Assembly (NCBI GenBank): GCA_028534125.1
Contig: CM052817.1
Span: forward strand, 88,290,001 to 88,354,000
Source: Lama glama
Lineage: Eukaryota
Length of the DNA stretch: 64,000 nt
Direction of reading: 5' to 3'
Shown: in pieces, positions 1 through 12,080 of the stretch
Layout: each line of letters opens with the position of its first letter
Numbering within the stretch: position 1 is the first letter of the stretch
The notes under the pieces: model-generated
What the model saw: only the letters and a program-made list of their open reading frames with translations
Told to the model about the DNA's origin: nothing
Database searches by the model: none
Program-made: the position numbers and the translations under genes

Positions 1-337
1 ACCTAATGGAGGTATGCAAGTTAGAGTGAGGTGATTAGGGTGAGCCCTAGTCCATTATGACTGGTGTTCTTAGAAAAAGAGGAATTTGGACACAAACATG
101 TGCTCAGAGGCAAGAGGATGTAAAGAACACGAAGAGACAACGAGGAGAAAATGGTCATCTACAGGCTCAGGAGGGAGGCCTGGAACATGCTCATTCATCA
201 CAGCCCTCAGAAGGAAACAAACCTGCAGACACCTTGATCTAACCGACTTCTAGCCCCCAGAACTGTGAGACGATACATTTCTGGTTTTTAAGCCACTCTG
301 TGTACTTTTTTCCAGCAGCCCTGGCAAACCAATACAT
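1..337 (+). mobile_element. MaLR LTR (MLT1A/B-like), 3' part cut by the window edge
   Basis: Typical MLT1 motifs: 'gattagggtgagccctagtcc..tgactggtgttctta', 'ccctcagaaggaaacaaacctgcagacaccttgatct', 'ccagaactgtgagacgatacatttctg', ending 'cagccctggcaaaccaataca'. Confidence 0.85.
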
Positions 338-891
338 ATGTTCTTTCAAGTAATTTTTTTGAGTCAAGTCATAAATTTCTTACTAATTATATTATATAAT
401 GCCAAGTTGTTCTCTGAAAGTTTTATGCCAATTTATATTTTCTATCACAGTTTTTGTGTGTATGTGTATTTATAAATGAAATTTAATTATCCTGTGTGGG
501 GTGCTGTTACACATTATTAAATATTAAAGGGTTATCAGAGTCCAACTAAAAACAGGAAAGAATAAATTAAATATGTTTAAAGAAAGAGTTAAATAGTTTA
601 GGCGGTATTAAATGAATATTCCATTGAGAACAGCCACATATAAAAGTTATTTTCAGCTCTGTCATTGCACCTCATTCAGTCTTATGCATATCTAATCTGT
701 ACCATACAGAACAAGTAACATGAGCATTTTTCCCCCTGTGGTCTGTGAGTGACAAAAAAACAGAAGTTCTCCCCAAAAGTTCTCCTCATACAATCTATAA
801 AACACATGCCAGCCTGCTAAAGCACTGGCTGCTGAAAAGTACCAGTGACTTTTACTATTTGAGTCATGTCTTCTCTAACAATGCTAGTCTT

Positions 892-1038
892 TGGGTTGTT
901 TTTAAATTTTTCTGGAGGGGGGCGGTGAGAGGCAATTAGGTTTGTTTGTTTTAATGGAGGTACAGGGATGGAACCCTGGACCCTGTGTATGCTAAGCATG
1001 CACTCTACCACTGGATTATACCTACCCCACCCCCCACC
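892..1038 (-). mobile_element. tRNA-derived SINE, camelid vic-1-like
   Basis: Minus strand reads 'cagtggtagagtgcatgcttagcatacacagggtccagggttccatccctgtacctccattaaaacaaacaaacctaattgcctc' (A/B-box-like head and tail). Exact 14-bp TSD ACAATGCTAGTCTT at 878-891 and 1039-1052. Confidence 0.9.
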
Positions 1039-1333
1039 ACAATGCTAGTCTTGCAGAAGAAATGTCTGTTTTGTTTTCTATAATAGTTTTAAGATTGGAA
1101 AACTATTTAAAAGTAATTCTTTCGTAATTTCTACATATGGAAAATATTGTCTGTTTCTTTCACCAGATAGCAATTTGTGTATAGGGGGTGACAATATGCC
1201 TCTGGAACACATTGCTAACATTTAATTTGTGAGTTTTAATGGTATGGAAGGATCTGAATCAGGATATGGAATTTGTTGAATGCAATCTGATGACAGATTA
1301 TGGAACAAATTTTAAAATAGTCTTTCATCTTGA

Positions 1334-1394
1334 TCTAGCATATAGTTGGCGCCTGGCATAAAGTTGGCTCAAGAATATTGAATGAATGGATGAC
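1334..1394 (+). mobile_element. L2 3'-end fragment
   Basis: 'gcctggcataaagttggctcaagaatattgaatgaatggatga' matches the L2 terminus. Confidence 0.6.
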
Positions 1395-2199
1395 TGTATT
1401 TGTGTTTAAAGACACTTGAGAAAACCAACTCAGAGCTCTCCTAGCTCACTAAGCCGTAAACTTGATTCAGGGACATCAAAATATTCTGACCTTGAAACTA
1501 TAGAGAAAAAAGAAAAACAGACTTCTTTTTTTTTCCCAAGGATTTACAAGTGTTTATAGATTCACTCTTGACAGGTACACTGCAATCTTTCCTCACTGAT
1601 AAAGGACCCTGAGATCAATGAAGTCACAAGTTTGAGAGGCTTGTAAAGCTTTCCAGTTGAAATAAAGTCATTTTTCAAAAGATTTCCATGATATTTTTAA
1701 CTGGATCCTGTTGAATGTTATGTGACTTTCTTTTAAGTCAGACTTAGGATAACTCTAAGTTATCCATTTTCTGCCCTTTTGGTGTCTCTCATTTTAAAGA
1801 GGAAGCTGAAGATGATTTATACCCATCAGCATGTCATACTTTCTCTGTAATTTTTAAGTAAATTTATGAGAATTTATGAAAATTCTAGAACTCTTCCTGA
1901 TTCCTCTTAAATCCACTGAGTTTTTACCTTGTTTTCTCTTCCAGGAGAATAAAAACACATGAACACCTGCTTTTTTAATGTATCTTATTTATGCTATGCA
2001 ATTTTCTCCTACAAAAATGTCCGATGTGGGCTAAATGCTCAGGAATCATTTATTATGGAGGAATGAAATTAGCTGCAGTGTTCATTAGTGAGGCAGCCCC
2101 AGATTTCAAGTTGCAACATTTTACTAAATAACTGTATCTCACAATTGAAAAATATACTTCAGTGTATTATATATGTGAATTAACATTTTAAATATTCAA

Positions 2200-2990
2200 C
2201 TTGTCAATGCATCCTTTTCCTTTGGACCTTCCACTTGTGTGTCCATTCCTGCCAGCCCTCACCACCTTCACTGGTATCATCGGAAGCAAAGGCACCAACA
2301 TTTCTTACCTAAATAACTGCTGTGGCCTCCTGACTGATCTCCCCAATTTGGCCTTTGCTCCTCTTCAGTCTAATCTGAGGCTAGTAGCCTGACAAATTAT
2401 TTTTAACTCAGGTGAGCATATCATCTCTCTGCTTAACACCCTCCAGCAGATTCACAGCCTATGAAAAAAAAAAAGAAAATAAAGAAAGGGAGGAAGGAAG
2501 GAAGGGAGGAAAGAAAGAAGAAAAAAAGGAAAAAAGAAAGCCAGAGCCCTTCTCCACTTCCCCTTTCTCTCCGCCATCACCCCGTTTCAGCCTCAGTGGC
2601 CCCCTGGCTATCTGTCCTTTTAATCCTTCAGGCGTATTTTTACTACAGGGAACTTTGGGTTTTTGTTGTTTACACCTGGAAGACCGCCCTCCTGTTTCCT
2701 CCCCAGACTCTGTGGGGTTCTGTGCCTGCTCCCTCACACCCTTCAGAATTTGACTCCTGTCACTCTTTCTGGACTACTCTTTACAAAATTGCAGTCTCCC
2801 CCACCCCCTGCATTCCCTGTCCCCTGCCCTGCTTTACTGTGATCTGTACATGTCACCATTTAGCATATTTGATATTTATGTACCTTTATTATTTCCTTTT
2901 TCATTAGAATGTCAGCTCCATAGGGCAGGAATTTTTGTTTATTCTATTCACTACTGTCTCTGCCCTGCCTAGAACCCTGCCTGACACGTC
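2200..2990 (+). mobile_element. L2 (L2a-like) 3' region with an internal purine-rich simple repeat
   Basis: 'cctcctgactgatctccc', 'ttagaatgtcagctccatagggcaggaatttttg', 'cctagaaccctgcctgacac'. Confidence 0.75.
2463..2540. repeat. A/G-rich low-complexity tract, (GGAA)n/(GAAA)n-like
   Basis: Almost pure purine run, read directly. Confidence 0.9.
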
Positions 2991-4699
2991 TGTTATTACT
3001 ATACTTTTGTTCATTCACATTTTAAATGATGAATATTTTATTATCTAATTATGAGAAAGATAATAAAGAATGTGAACATCATTTTCTTATATGCAAATCT
3101 GTCAATTGGCATATGTAAATAGCAATGAGGTAAGGCAGTAATAGGTGTGCCATAAGACAATCCTATATTATTTAGGGCATTCCAGGTATTTGTACTCAGG
3201 AACCCTATAGTAAGTCCTAAAATATAATGTTGAAAGTAGGATATTTATAAGGATTTGCAACCTAGTATCCTTTCCTCTTAAGACTCACATGATTACAATG
3301 AGTAAATCATATCTCTTTAGACTTTTATCCCTAATTAAGGACCAGGGCCATATTTCTGTTAGCAAAAGCTCTGCAGATGTTCAGGCGAACAAAAGAGGGC
3401 ACGTTTTGGTAGGATACAGCGTCCTTTGATACACTGCTTAGCAGTGTCCATCCTTCTTTGAAGACAATTGATGATTTAAGTTACATTTCTTATGCTTTCC
3501 TTATAATGCTCTGGTTTGGTTATTTAAGAAAGGAGGGAGTTAGTTACTAAAGCAAAGTTTTATAAATAATGAAGGAGAAGGGGGTCAAATGTGAATTTTA
3601 CTTTTCCAAATATATTTCAACTGAGAACATTAGGAGTGTATTACCATTAAAAGTTCTTGGACTTTTACTTAATCTATTAATCTAGATTTATTCAGATTAA
3701 ATCATAAAATTCTCCATCTGAAAGCATTTGGCATCGATAGACTTGTGAGGCTGATTCAGAGCCTGTTATGGTGCGCAGGATAGATATTGAGTATATACCA
3801 CTTCCAAAAAGATTTAGAGGTTTCCTAAAGATTATAGAGATTTGAGTAAGTTTTAAAAACTCATCAAATATTATATCAAATATTTTAAATAAAAACTGGA
3901 AGGAAATACTCTATAAAAAGTTTTATTTTTTCCTTGAAATTAACATTCTCTCACTCTAAATTGTAAGTACCACTCAGTTACTGAGCTGAAAACAATAAAA
4001 ACTGTTTGCTTAGCCTGTTTTCAATCAAGTTACTTGAATTTACACAGTAGCTCTTTTTTCACTTGTCTGTATCTGAGCATATTGAAGCCTGCATCAGCCT
4101 TAAGAGAGAAAGCTGTATTTCCATTAGCATCTCAGTAAGGTACTCCTGCCAAGTCAATTGTAGTGCAGGTATAATGGAGGTAAAATACCCTTGATTACCA
4201 TTAGAATAAATTATAAAATGGCTGTTACAGATTTCTTTATGAGGATATATTTGATATTTTAAAGTTTACTAAAAAATAAAGAATTTAGACATTGCAATGA
4301 AATATAGTATGAAAGTCACACATAAAGAGTTTAGTGTAATTTGACCTTTATGTGAAGAGAAAAAAATTCATGTAAAAATACGTTTGCTAACCTTTACTTA
4401 ATTTCAATTAAAAAAATCTCACTATACGACCTCGTTGGTAAAATGAGAAGATTGAAAAAAAGAAGAGGAAACTTTTTTTTATGTAATTCTCATTGTATTC
4501 TTCATAACTATTGAATAAAAATATTTATTCTGGTTCATAACTACCAATGAGAATGAGAGAAAGGACAAAGAACTGTATGAAAAATTGTATACAAATACGT
4601 AGAAATCTGAGGATTTAAATGTATGGAGAAATCATATCAGTTGAGAAAGGGAGAAACACGACTAGAAGAAGAATGGTTAAAATCCTAATTGTGCCAGAA

Positions 4700-4860
4700 G
4701 CTTGCCGGCACAGCTGGGAAGCGCGCGCCACGGAGCCACGGCAGGGAGATTACACGTAAGCACGTGTCCGGCTAGTGGCAGGGACTCGACAGCTCTTCCT
4801 TTTCCTGGGATAAAGGAGGAAACTGGCCGGCAGGCCCAGTCAGTCATTCGCTTAGGGAAA
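4700..4860. promoter_or_regulatory. Small CpG-rich element (candidate promoter or enhancer)
   Basis: About 12 CpG in about 150 bp inside AT-rich DNA. Contains GCGCGCGC, E-box CACGTG (4761-4766) and a possible donor CAC|GTAAGC. Confidence 0.45.
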
Positions 4861-5849
4861 TCCAATGTAGCCAGAATCTCTGATTTTACAAGACACTCCA
4901 GAAATCTCCATTAAGCATAGTTCCCAAGTTATTATTTCAAAAAACAAATGAGGGCCAGAGGGATGAAAGAAAAGAGATTAGTAGGAAGCCGATTAGAAAT
5001 GTCTGCACAAGAATACCTTTTAAAAGAGAATCAGAGGCACATCTGTCCATCGGGATCTGTCTTTATTCATGGTTTGTGACAAGGAGTAATTCAGGAAATA
5101 GATAAGTGGGATGAGTTTATAGGGGCTTGGAACTGAAATCTTTCCACTTATATGAAATGCTCTGTTACCATCTCCACACATGTTAATTCAGATCTTTCTT
5201 TAAGGTCTTTCTACTACAGAAGGTCAGGATATGAAAGCGGGGATTTCTTTGATAGTTTGGAGACAATAGGGCACTGATAATAAGGGGGAAGTCTGAGCAA
5301 AGAGAGTCCCATATCCCTACCCCCATACCAACCAGAACACAGCTTAAAAACCACTGATTTGCAGTTGTTAATTTTGAATTTTAATTTGTAATCTGCTTAT
5401 TTCTCCATATTCTGAACAAAGTGATTTTTAAAGAACTATTCAGAGAACAGAAATAACTCTTGGGAAAAAATACAACAGACATTAATAGAAGAACTAAAAT
5501 ATATTATTATTCACTCCATAAAAAGAAGCTAAATAAATAGGTGGTTCTAAAAAGAGTGTCCATGGTTGGAAGTCAATAAATACTACCTAAAATTGCAAAA
5601 CTCAAAAAGATAGAATATAAAACTTTTATTATTATTTAGATAAGTGAGTATAAACAACAGACAAGTCTGATTAAAAAAAAATTTTGAAATAATTTCCTCT
5701 AGGTAAGTGGATTTGGTCCAGAAATGTGTGTATGTGTAATTAAGAAGCCATGTAGAATTAGTTAATGTAATTTAGGAACATTCTTAAAAATAGATCCCCT
5801 ACATATAAATAAATACAAGTAGGTTTAGAACTGTTAATATCAAAATGGT

Positions 5850-6050
5850 ATTCATTCATCTACTTCATAACTTTATATTATTTATTGAGCATTTACTACA
5901 GTCCAGATGCTATTTTGGATTTTGTGGAAACAACCAACTAACAAACTTGCCTTCATAGGATTTAAATTTCAGTGTAAGAAGACAAACAATATATACGTTA
6001 GTAAAATACATTGTGTTTTATCTAAGTTAATTGAAGGAGGGGTGCTGTGG
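5850..6050 (-). mobile_element. L2 3'-end fragment
   Basis: 'ttcattcat...tttattgagcatttactacagtccagatgctatttt...ttgccttcataggatttaaatttcagtg'. Confidence 0.7.
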
Positions 6051-6399
6051 GACAAAGCAGGGCTGGACAGTAAGGTGTGCTCAGAGGCTACAGTCAAGAA
6101 GTTTGTGATTTTGCATAGTAGTTTCTAACATTAACATAACATTGCACCTACTGCTGTATAGCGTATGTATGTCTGCACACGTATTTTATGATGACTAAAG
6201 CGGCCATCCTTTACTGTGCATTCCATTTACATAATTGCTTCTGCTTTTTCAAATCTGATTTAGTCAATGCTTTGGCTCTTATGTGTTCCTCATGCCATTT
6301 TCTACTTCATGACCTTTGTGGTTTAATTTTCATTACTGTCTCTGCAGATAATTACCCATATTTACCCATTCACATTTTTAAAGAGTAAGATTCAAAATG

Positions 6400-6610
6400 G
6401 CCCTAATGGTCATTGTTCTGGCAAAGGCATTCAAGCCAGATCTCTTTTCAAAGATAATTTCATACTCTGTGGACTGCCTGCCCTTGGGTCAAATGTCCAT
6501 CCACAAGCTAATCAGCTGTGGCTGTGGCACTTGTGTAACTTGTTATTAATAAGACTACCTCGGCAGGGCTCATAGGTGAGGAGGATTACTTAGAAGAAGT
6601 CTATCCAGTG
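6400..6610 (-). mobile_element. Old MaLR LTR fragment (MLT1K/L-like)
   Basis: 'actctgtggactgcctgcccttgggtcaaatgtccatcc..ctaatcagctgtggc'. Confidence 0.45.
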
Positions 6611-7959
6611 GTATGATACTCAAATCGAGTCTTAAAAGAAAATTCATCGAAAGCAGACAATCTTATGTTTGGAATATAACCTAGGCATTAATAGAGAGAT
6701 GAGTTTATGTCTTTATCTTACTCTGGTACTAATTTTTGGTTTCAAAAAGTAAAATCAAACCATTGCTGAAAATAATACCTGAAGTTTTTAATTAAGAGAT
6801 TCCCTACATAGAGTTAATTCTATATTAATTTTAAAACTATATTTCCACTTGTAAATTGTTTAAAATGAAATTAATTTCACCTTTTTCTTTGCTCTTTTCC
6901 TATTCCTCTCTCTTTCTCTCTTTCTCTTTGATCTTTATTAATCTATTACATATTTTTCCTTCTTGATCACTTTTATTTTTAAAATTTTTTACTAAAAAGA
7001 GATAACTTTACAAAATTACTCACTCCCATTGCTCAAGAAACTTAATAGTGTCTCAGATAAAAAGAGCCTATGGTTGCTTTTGAAATGGAGAGTCTAGAAA
7101 ATGGATAGATTGCGAAGTGTTCAATAAAAGCAGCCCAACCCACTTACTTACATTGCTGATAAATCTTAACACTTTGCCCTCTTTTTCATAGTAATAATAA
7201 TATTTTCCTTTAAAACAGGGTTCAATAACTATCATCAACTAGTGAGTGTATGGATTTGGCCCTGCTGGGATAAACCAGGGTGAATGTATTAGAAGTGTTT
7301 CGAGTTTTCCCCTCAAATAATTTTCCCAGAAAGTGTTTCAACTACTTTAAATATATTTTATAAAAACATATTTTTATAGCTACATTGTGTTAGAAATGAA
7401 CCAATTTTATGCAAATGAACATTCTGCATTCTACAGATAAAACATGCTAATTTTAACAATTTCAGACATCTGTGACAGAATTTCTAAACTACCCAACTGG
7501 ATTAAGCTGACAAATATGAAAAAGTAATACATGGTTAGTCACCTTTTAATTCTTACATTTACATTAAACTACCACTTCAAAGGGCAAGGGTAATTTCACA
7601 CTTTTAAAGTTTTAAATAGCTTTTATTTCAACTTAAACAAAATATGCCAATATTGAAACACAGTTATAATGATTGTTTTATTATTTTTATGACTTCTACT
7701 TTAAAACATATTGAATAATATAATGTTCTCTTCCCAAATAACTAGCATCCATACAGTTCTGTGAATATTATCTTGTAACGCTTTGTTTCCAGGATTTTCT
7801 GTGTTGAAAATGTGCACATCTAGGAGCACATTTTCAACACTATGCATATAAGTTTTCCTCTAAAAATTATTGTTGTTATTGTACAATGCCTAATTACATA
7901 AATTTGCATATTTGAATGTATAATTTTGCTGTGAGTTCGAGTCATAGAATAAGAAAACC

Positions 7960-8170
7960 GTAGTCACGTGTTTATACGTCCTATTATGTGCTAGGCATTT
8001 TGGAAACAGTTTGCATATGTGAAGTCCTTTAACCCTCACCACCACTCTATGAGCTAGACTCTATTCATTTCACGCTCATTTTACAGTAAACTGAGGAACA
8101 GAGAGCTTATGTAACTTACTAAGTTTACCCAATTTGTACACTCTCCAAGGTTCAGAAACAGTCTGCCTTT
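7960..8170 (-). mobile_element. MIR SINE
   Basis: MIR core 'cattttacagtaaactgaggaacagagagcttatgtaacttactaag', preceded by 'tatgtgctaggcatt..tttaaccctcacc'. Confidence 0.8.
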
Positions 8171-8792
8171 AAAATCTTGCAATATAGATGCTTTAGAAAC
8201 ACTAAAGGCAAGCAGTTTTTGAAAGCAAATTTTACATTTCAGCTCAGTTCTTGTGGTTTATGGTGTGTTTGAATACTAAAATTATAAATGATTCAGGTAA
8301 TATTCACTTTTTCTTTCACATGTGACATTTAAGCATCATTATTTCTGTGCCTTAAGAGAAAATTGTTTCCCTTTAAAGACGGCTTCAAGTAGTATTAATA
8401 AAAGACAATGCCAAAACAGATTTAAAATATTTACCTTGAGTCTCATACATAATGATTTGTGCCTTTTGGTATGATGATGCTTAAATGGGAAGTGAGATCT
8501 ATCTGCAGAAGTTATTTTCCATTAAGTTCAAAAGACTTTCCTATTCTTAAAGTAATTGTCAATACATATTTTAAGTCAATGACTGATTTTCATTTTACAA
8601 ATGCCTAAACACATGGCCACTTGAATACAAAGTAAATTCCAGGCTCTCTGGTTAGTGTTGGGAGTGTGAGCATTTGAAGGATGCTGCTTCCTTGCCTCTC
8701 GAGTTTCCCTGGGGAGACTGTAGACTTGCCAGGGATGCTTGGATTTTAGGAAGTGAAACATACTATCTGTGAGCACATGATGGCTAAAAGCC

Positions 8793-8990
8793 ATAGTGTC
8801 TTGTAGTCATTTACACCTGCCAGCAAGAGCTGATTATTGGAATTCCAAGAATTTAAGAGCCCAATCTCTGATATCTTTAAATTGCCCATGGTAGAAATAA
8901 TTACACTGTGGAAATCAGCAAACATTGCAAATAAGGAGCTTTTTTTTTTTTTTTGAGAACCCATTTTAAAATATTTTCCAGCACTTTACT
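8793..8990 (+). mobile_element. hAT DNA transposon relic (MER63A-like)
   Basis: 'aagagctgattattggaattccaagaattt', 'ccatggtagaaataattacactgtggaaatcagcaaacattgcaaataagg', end 'tttccagcactttactg'. Confidence 0.7.
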
Positions 8991-8994
8991 GACT

Positions 8995-9582
8995 TGCGAA
9001 CTGTCTCCCTGAAGCTTCAGGATGAAAAGAGGTGGGTGTCAATGCCTTCCAGCCAAAAATCATTAAGAGCAACACTGTAGTTGTTCGAGTCAGACAGCTT
9101 CCCTCCGTGAAAAATGTGCACCATGGGGCACTGCAGGGCATCTCAGCACAAGAGCATCGGAAAGGCGATAGTGAAAGATTTGCTTCTGCATTAGATGATT
9201 TGGGGCTGGGTGTACGAAGAGGTGCTTTTCTCTGGATTGGATGCTGTGAGGAGATGGAGGTTCTTATATGATCGATGCCTTAGTAAGTCATACCTTAAAA
9301 GGAGAGAAATTTGATTGAGGTTAAAGCTCGATTTGGTAAAGAAGTAAGAGTCACTCATACTACCCGGCAGAGGGGCATGTTTGGCATTTTGTGGTCTGGG
9401 CAGTGTTCTTGTTTTGTCTGTGTTCAGACATGATTATGGTCATTTTGTCTTGATCCATCAGAGTTGAGTGGCCTTATTTAAAGTTAATGTTCTATGAAAT
9501 GATTGATGTTCAACAGGAGAAGAGCAAGGCATAGTTATAGTACCAGGCCAGCCCCTGGACTTCAGAGGCTTTTCTCTTTCAT
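8995..9582 (-). mobile_element. ERVL-class LTR (MER76-like)
   Basis: 'ggggcatgtttggcattttgtggtctgggcagtgttcttgttttgtctgtgttcagacatgattat' and 'ccaggccagcccctgg..gaggcttttctctttc'. Confidence 0.6.
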
Positions 9583-10049
9583 ATGGCAGTAAAGTGTTTA
9601 AGTCTCATCCCAGTCTTTCCCCTGTAACCTTGGGGAAATAATTTTCTGCCCCTTCTCACTAAAATCCAGTAGCAACAGTTCTAGTCTTCTTCCAAAGTGG
9701 TGATAATATTAGGTTAGCACACAAATCCTCCTAATGTAAGATTGGGCTGGGAAGCCACCGCTCTTCCAGCCTCAAAGGCTGATTGTAACTGGTTGAGAGG
9801 AGAAGGGGCGCCTCCTTGAAAAGCACTGCTGCTTCTCAAGAATTGAAAAGCAAAATTCAGATGAGAGAAGATTTCTGCTGGAGTTCAGGCAGAGTGGGAA
9901 TGAACGACCATATTCCTTTCCTTCCCATTCATTGAATTCATCTGTGGAGACAGTGACTCCAATATCACCCCATTGGAACACATTCACATCCATATAAACT
10001 CGGCACTAGAGGAACACTGCCACTACAAAAGAAAGATGACACAATGAAC

Positions 10050-11450
10050 CATTCATTCATTCATTCGTTCATTCAACAAATACCCATTTAGAGCAAGCTA
10101 CATGCCAGAAACTATTCTAGGTGGAAAGAAATACATGAGTTAAATGCATCAGTGTGTTTAAAAAGGAAAAGATTTCCATCTTTGTAGAACATACATTCAA
10201 GGAGGTTGAAGCAGGCAATAAATATAAAAATAAGTAATTTATTTTAGGAGACAATAGGTACGATGGGAAAATAAAACAGTAATAGGGAGGTTAGGAGGCT
10301 GAACAGGATGGAGATTGCAATGTCTAACGAATTGGTTGCTGTATTCCACACTGTGAGGGAGATTTTTTTCGAAGAGATTTAAATAAGGAGAATGTGTGAG
10401 CAATACATTTATATGGATACAAGCAATTTGAGGCTTTAGAGAAAGCCAGTACCACTGCCAAGGAGAAATCATGTCTCCTTTGATTGGGGAGTATGTTCGT
10501 TGATGACAAACTGGGTGCCTTAAAACAACACAAAGTCATTTTTTCACAGTTCCGGAGGGTGGAAGTTCGAAATCAAGGTATTGGCAGAACAAACTTCCTC
10601 CAGAGGCTCTAGGGGATATTCTGATTCTTGCTTGTTCCAGATTCTGGTGAAACCAGGAGTTCCTTGGCTTCTGGCTGCATCACTCCAATTTCTGCCTCCC
10701 TCTTCTCCTGGCTTTCTCCTCTGGATGCCTTTTACTCTTCTGTTGTAAGGACACTTGTCATTGGCTTTAGGACTCAACTGGATAATCCAGGATGATCATA
10801 TATGGAGATCCTTAACTACATCTGCAAAGATGCTTTTTCTAAATAAGGTCACTTTCACATGTTCCAGGATCTGGATCCATCTTTTGGGGAGACTATCATT
10901 CAACCCACTACAGGGGGTAGCTAATAAGTCAATGTGGCTAAGCCTGTCTGAGCAAAGTAAAGAACAGAAGACAAGTTCATAAAAATATGGAATGTTTTGT
11001 ATGGCCTTATGGACAATCCATAAGAATTTGAGGGTTTTCTCTGAAAGAAATAGAGGATGTCTGAATTTGAGCAGAGGACTAAAAGATTCCAATTTCTATT
11101 ATTTCACAGGATCCCTTAAGCTGTTATGTTGGGAAGAAACTAATAGAGGATATGGTAAAAACAAGGACCAGTTTGGAGTCTACTGCAATGGTCTTGAGGA
11201 TAAATGGCAGTGTCTTGATTCAGAGAAAGTAGTAGAAATAATAGAAAATGGTTAGATTCTGGATATTTTTGAAGAAAAATACAATTGAATTCTCTGAAAA
11301 AAAAATGAGTTACTATAAGACAAGAGAAATCAAGGATAACCACAGTGTTGTTGTCTTAGGAAACAGAAGGCTGGAATTGTCAGGATTAGAAACGGGGAAG
11401 ATGATTGTTAAAACAAGTTTATATGAAGTAGGGAGTTAGAGACCTGATGT
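10050..11450 (-). mobile_element. L2, interrupted by an MLT1 LTR
   Basis: Starts with (CATT)n 'cattcattcattcattcgttcattcaacaaataccc' and resumes after 10912 with 'ttagattctggatattttt' and 'gaaatcaaggataac'. Confidence 0.8.
10490..10912 (-). mobile_element. MaLR LTR (MLT1C/D-like) nested in L2
   Basis: 'caaactgggtgccttaaaacaacac', 'gaagttcgaaatcaaggt', 'taaggacacttgtcattgg..gataatccaggatgatc', end 'caacccactaca'. Confidence 0.85.
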
Positions 11451-11499
11451 ATTATTGGAAGAGACCAAGAGAAATAGATGGTCCATGATTTTAAAATAA

Positions 11500-12080
11500 A
11501 TTCAATTAAGGAAATAAATAGAGATATTTGCCATTTGAAGAAAATTGCAAAAATCACTAAAAAAACCAAAGGAAATATTTAGTATGCAAAATATAATAAT
11601 GGAAATAAATAATGGGATAAATGGATGGAATAAATCACTGAATAGATAAAGCTGAAGAAATGACTGAATGAAAGAGCGTAAGAAACTCACCAAAATATCC
11701 ACAACAAAGAAAAAGAAATGGTAAATATAAAAGTTGAAAGATATAGAAAATAGAAATCAAATAATAAATACCTTTATAGCATGATACTATAAAGTGAATA
11801 ACCAAAGAAGAAAAGGATTTACACAAAAATGAAGACGAAAGATAATAAATAAAAACCTCAGATCGAAAGACTGCAAAGAGAACTGAGTGGGAGAGAGAAC
11901 CCTAGAACTTATCCCACTGTATTGAAATCTAAGAACAACAAACACAAGAAGCACGCTCCTTAAAATGAAATAAAAAAGCAAGCCAAACTCCCTAGGGAAA
12001 AAAAGCTCATCGTTTAAAAAGTTAAGAATCAAATTGACATTAGGCTACTCAACAGCATTGCGAGGTACATACAAGAACAC
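11500..12080 (+). mobile_element. Ancient L1/HAL1 ORF1-region fragment
   Basis: Very A-rich decayed ORF1-like text: 'aaagctgaagaaa..gaaagatatagaaaataga', 'aagaatcaaattgacatta'. Confidence 0.55.

Noticed and set aside
950..1025. Possible tRNA gene
   Set aside because: It has a SINE tail, a TSD and degenerate stems, so it is a SINE head.
1921..1945. Isolated acceptor-like sites (also about 7218, 60577, 61814)
   Set aside because: Pyrimidine tract plus AG is common in AT-rich DNA, and I could not assemble consistent coding exons.
2412..2907. Lys/Glu-rich ORFs
   Set aside because: Translation of a purine microsatellite inside an L2 element.
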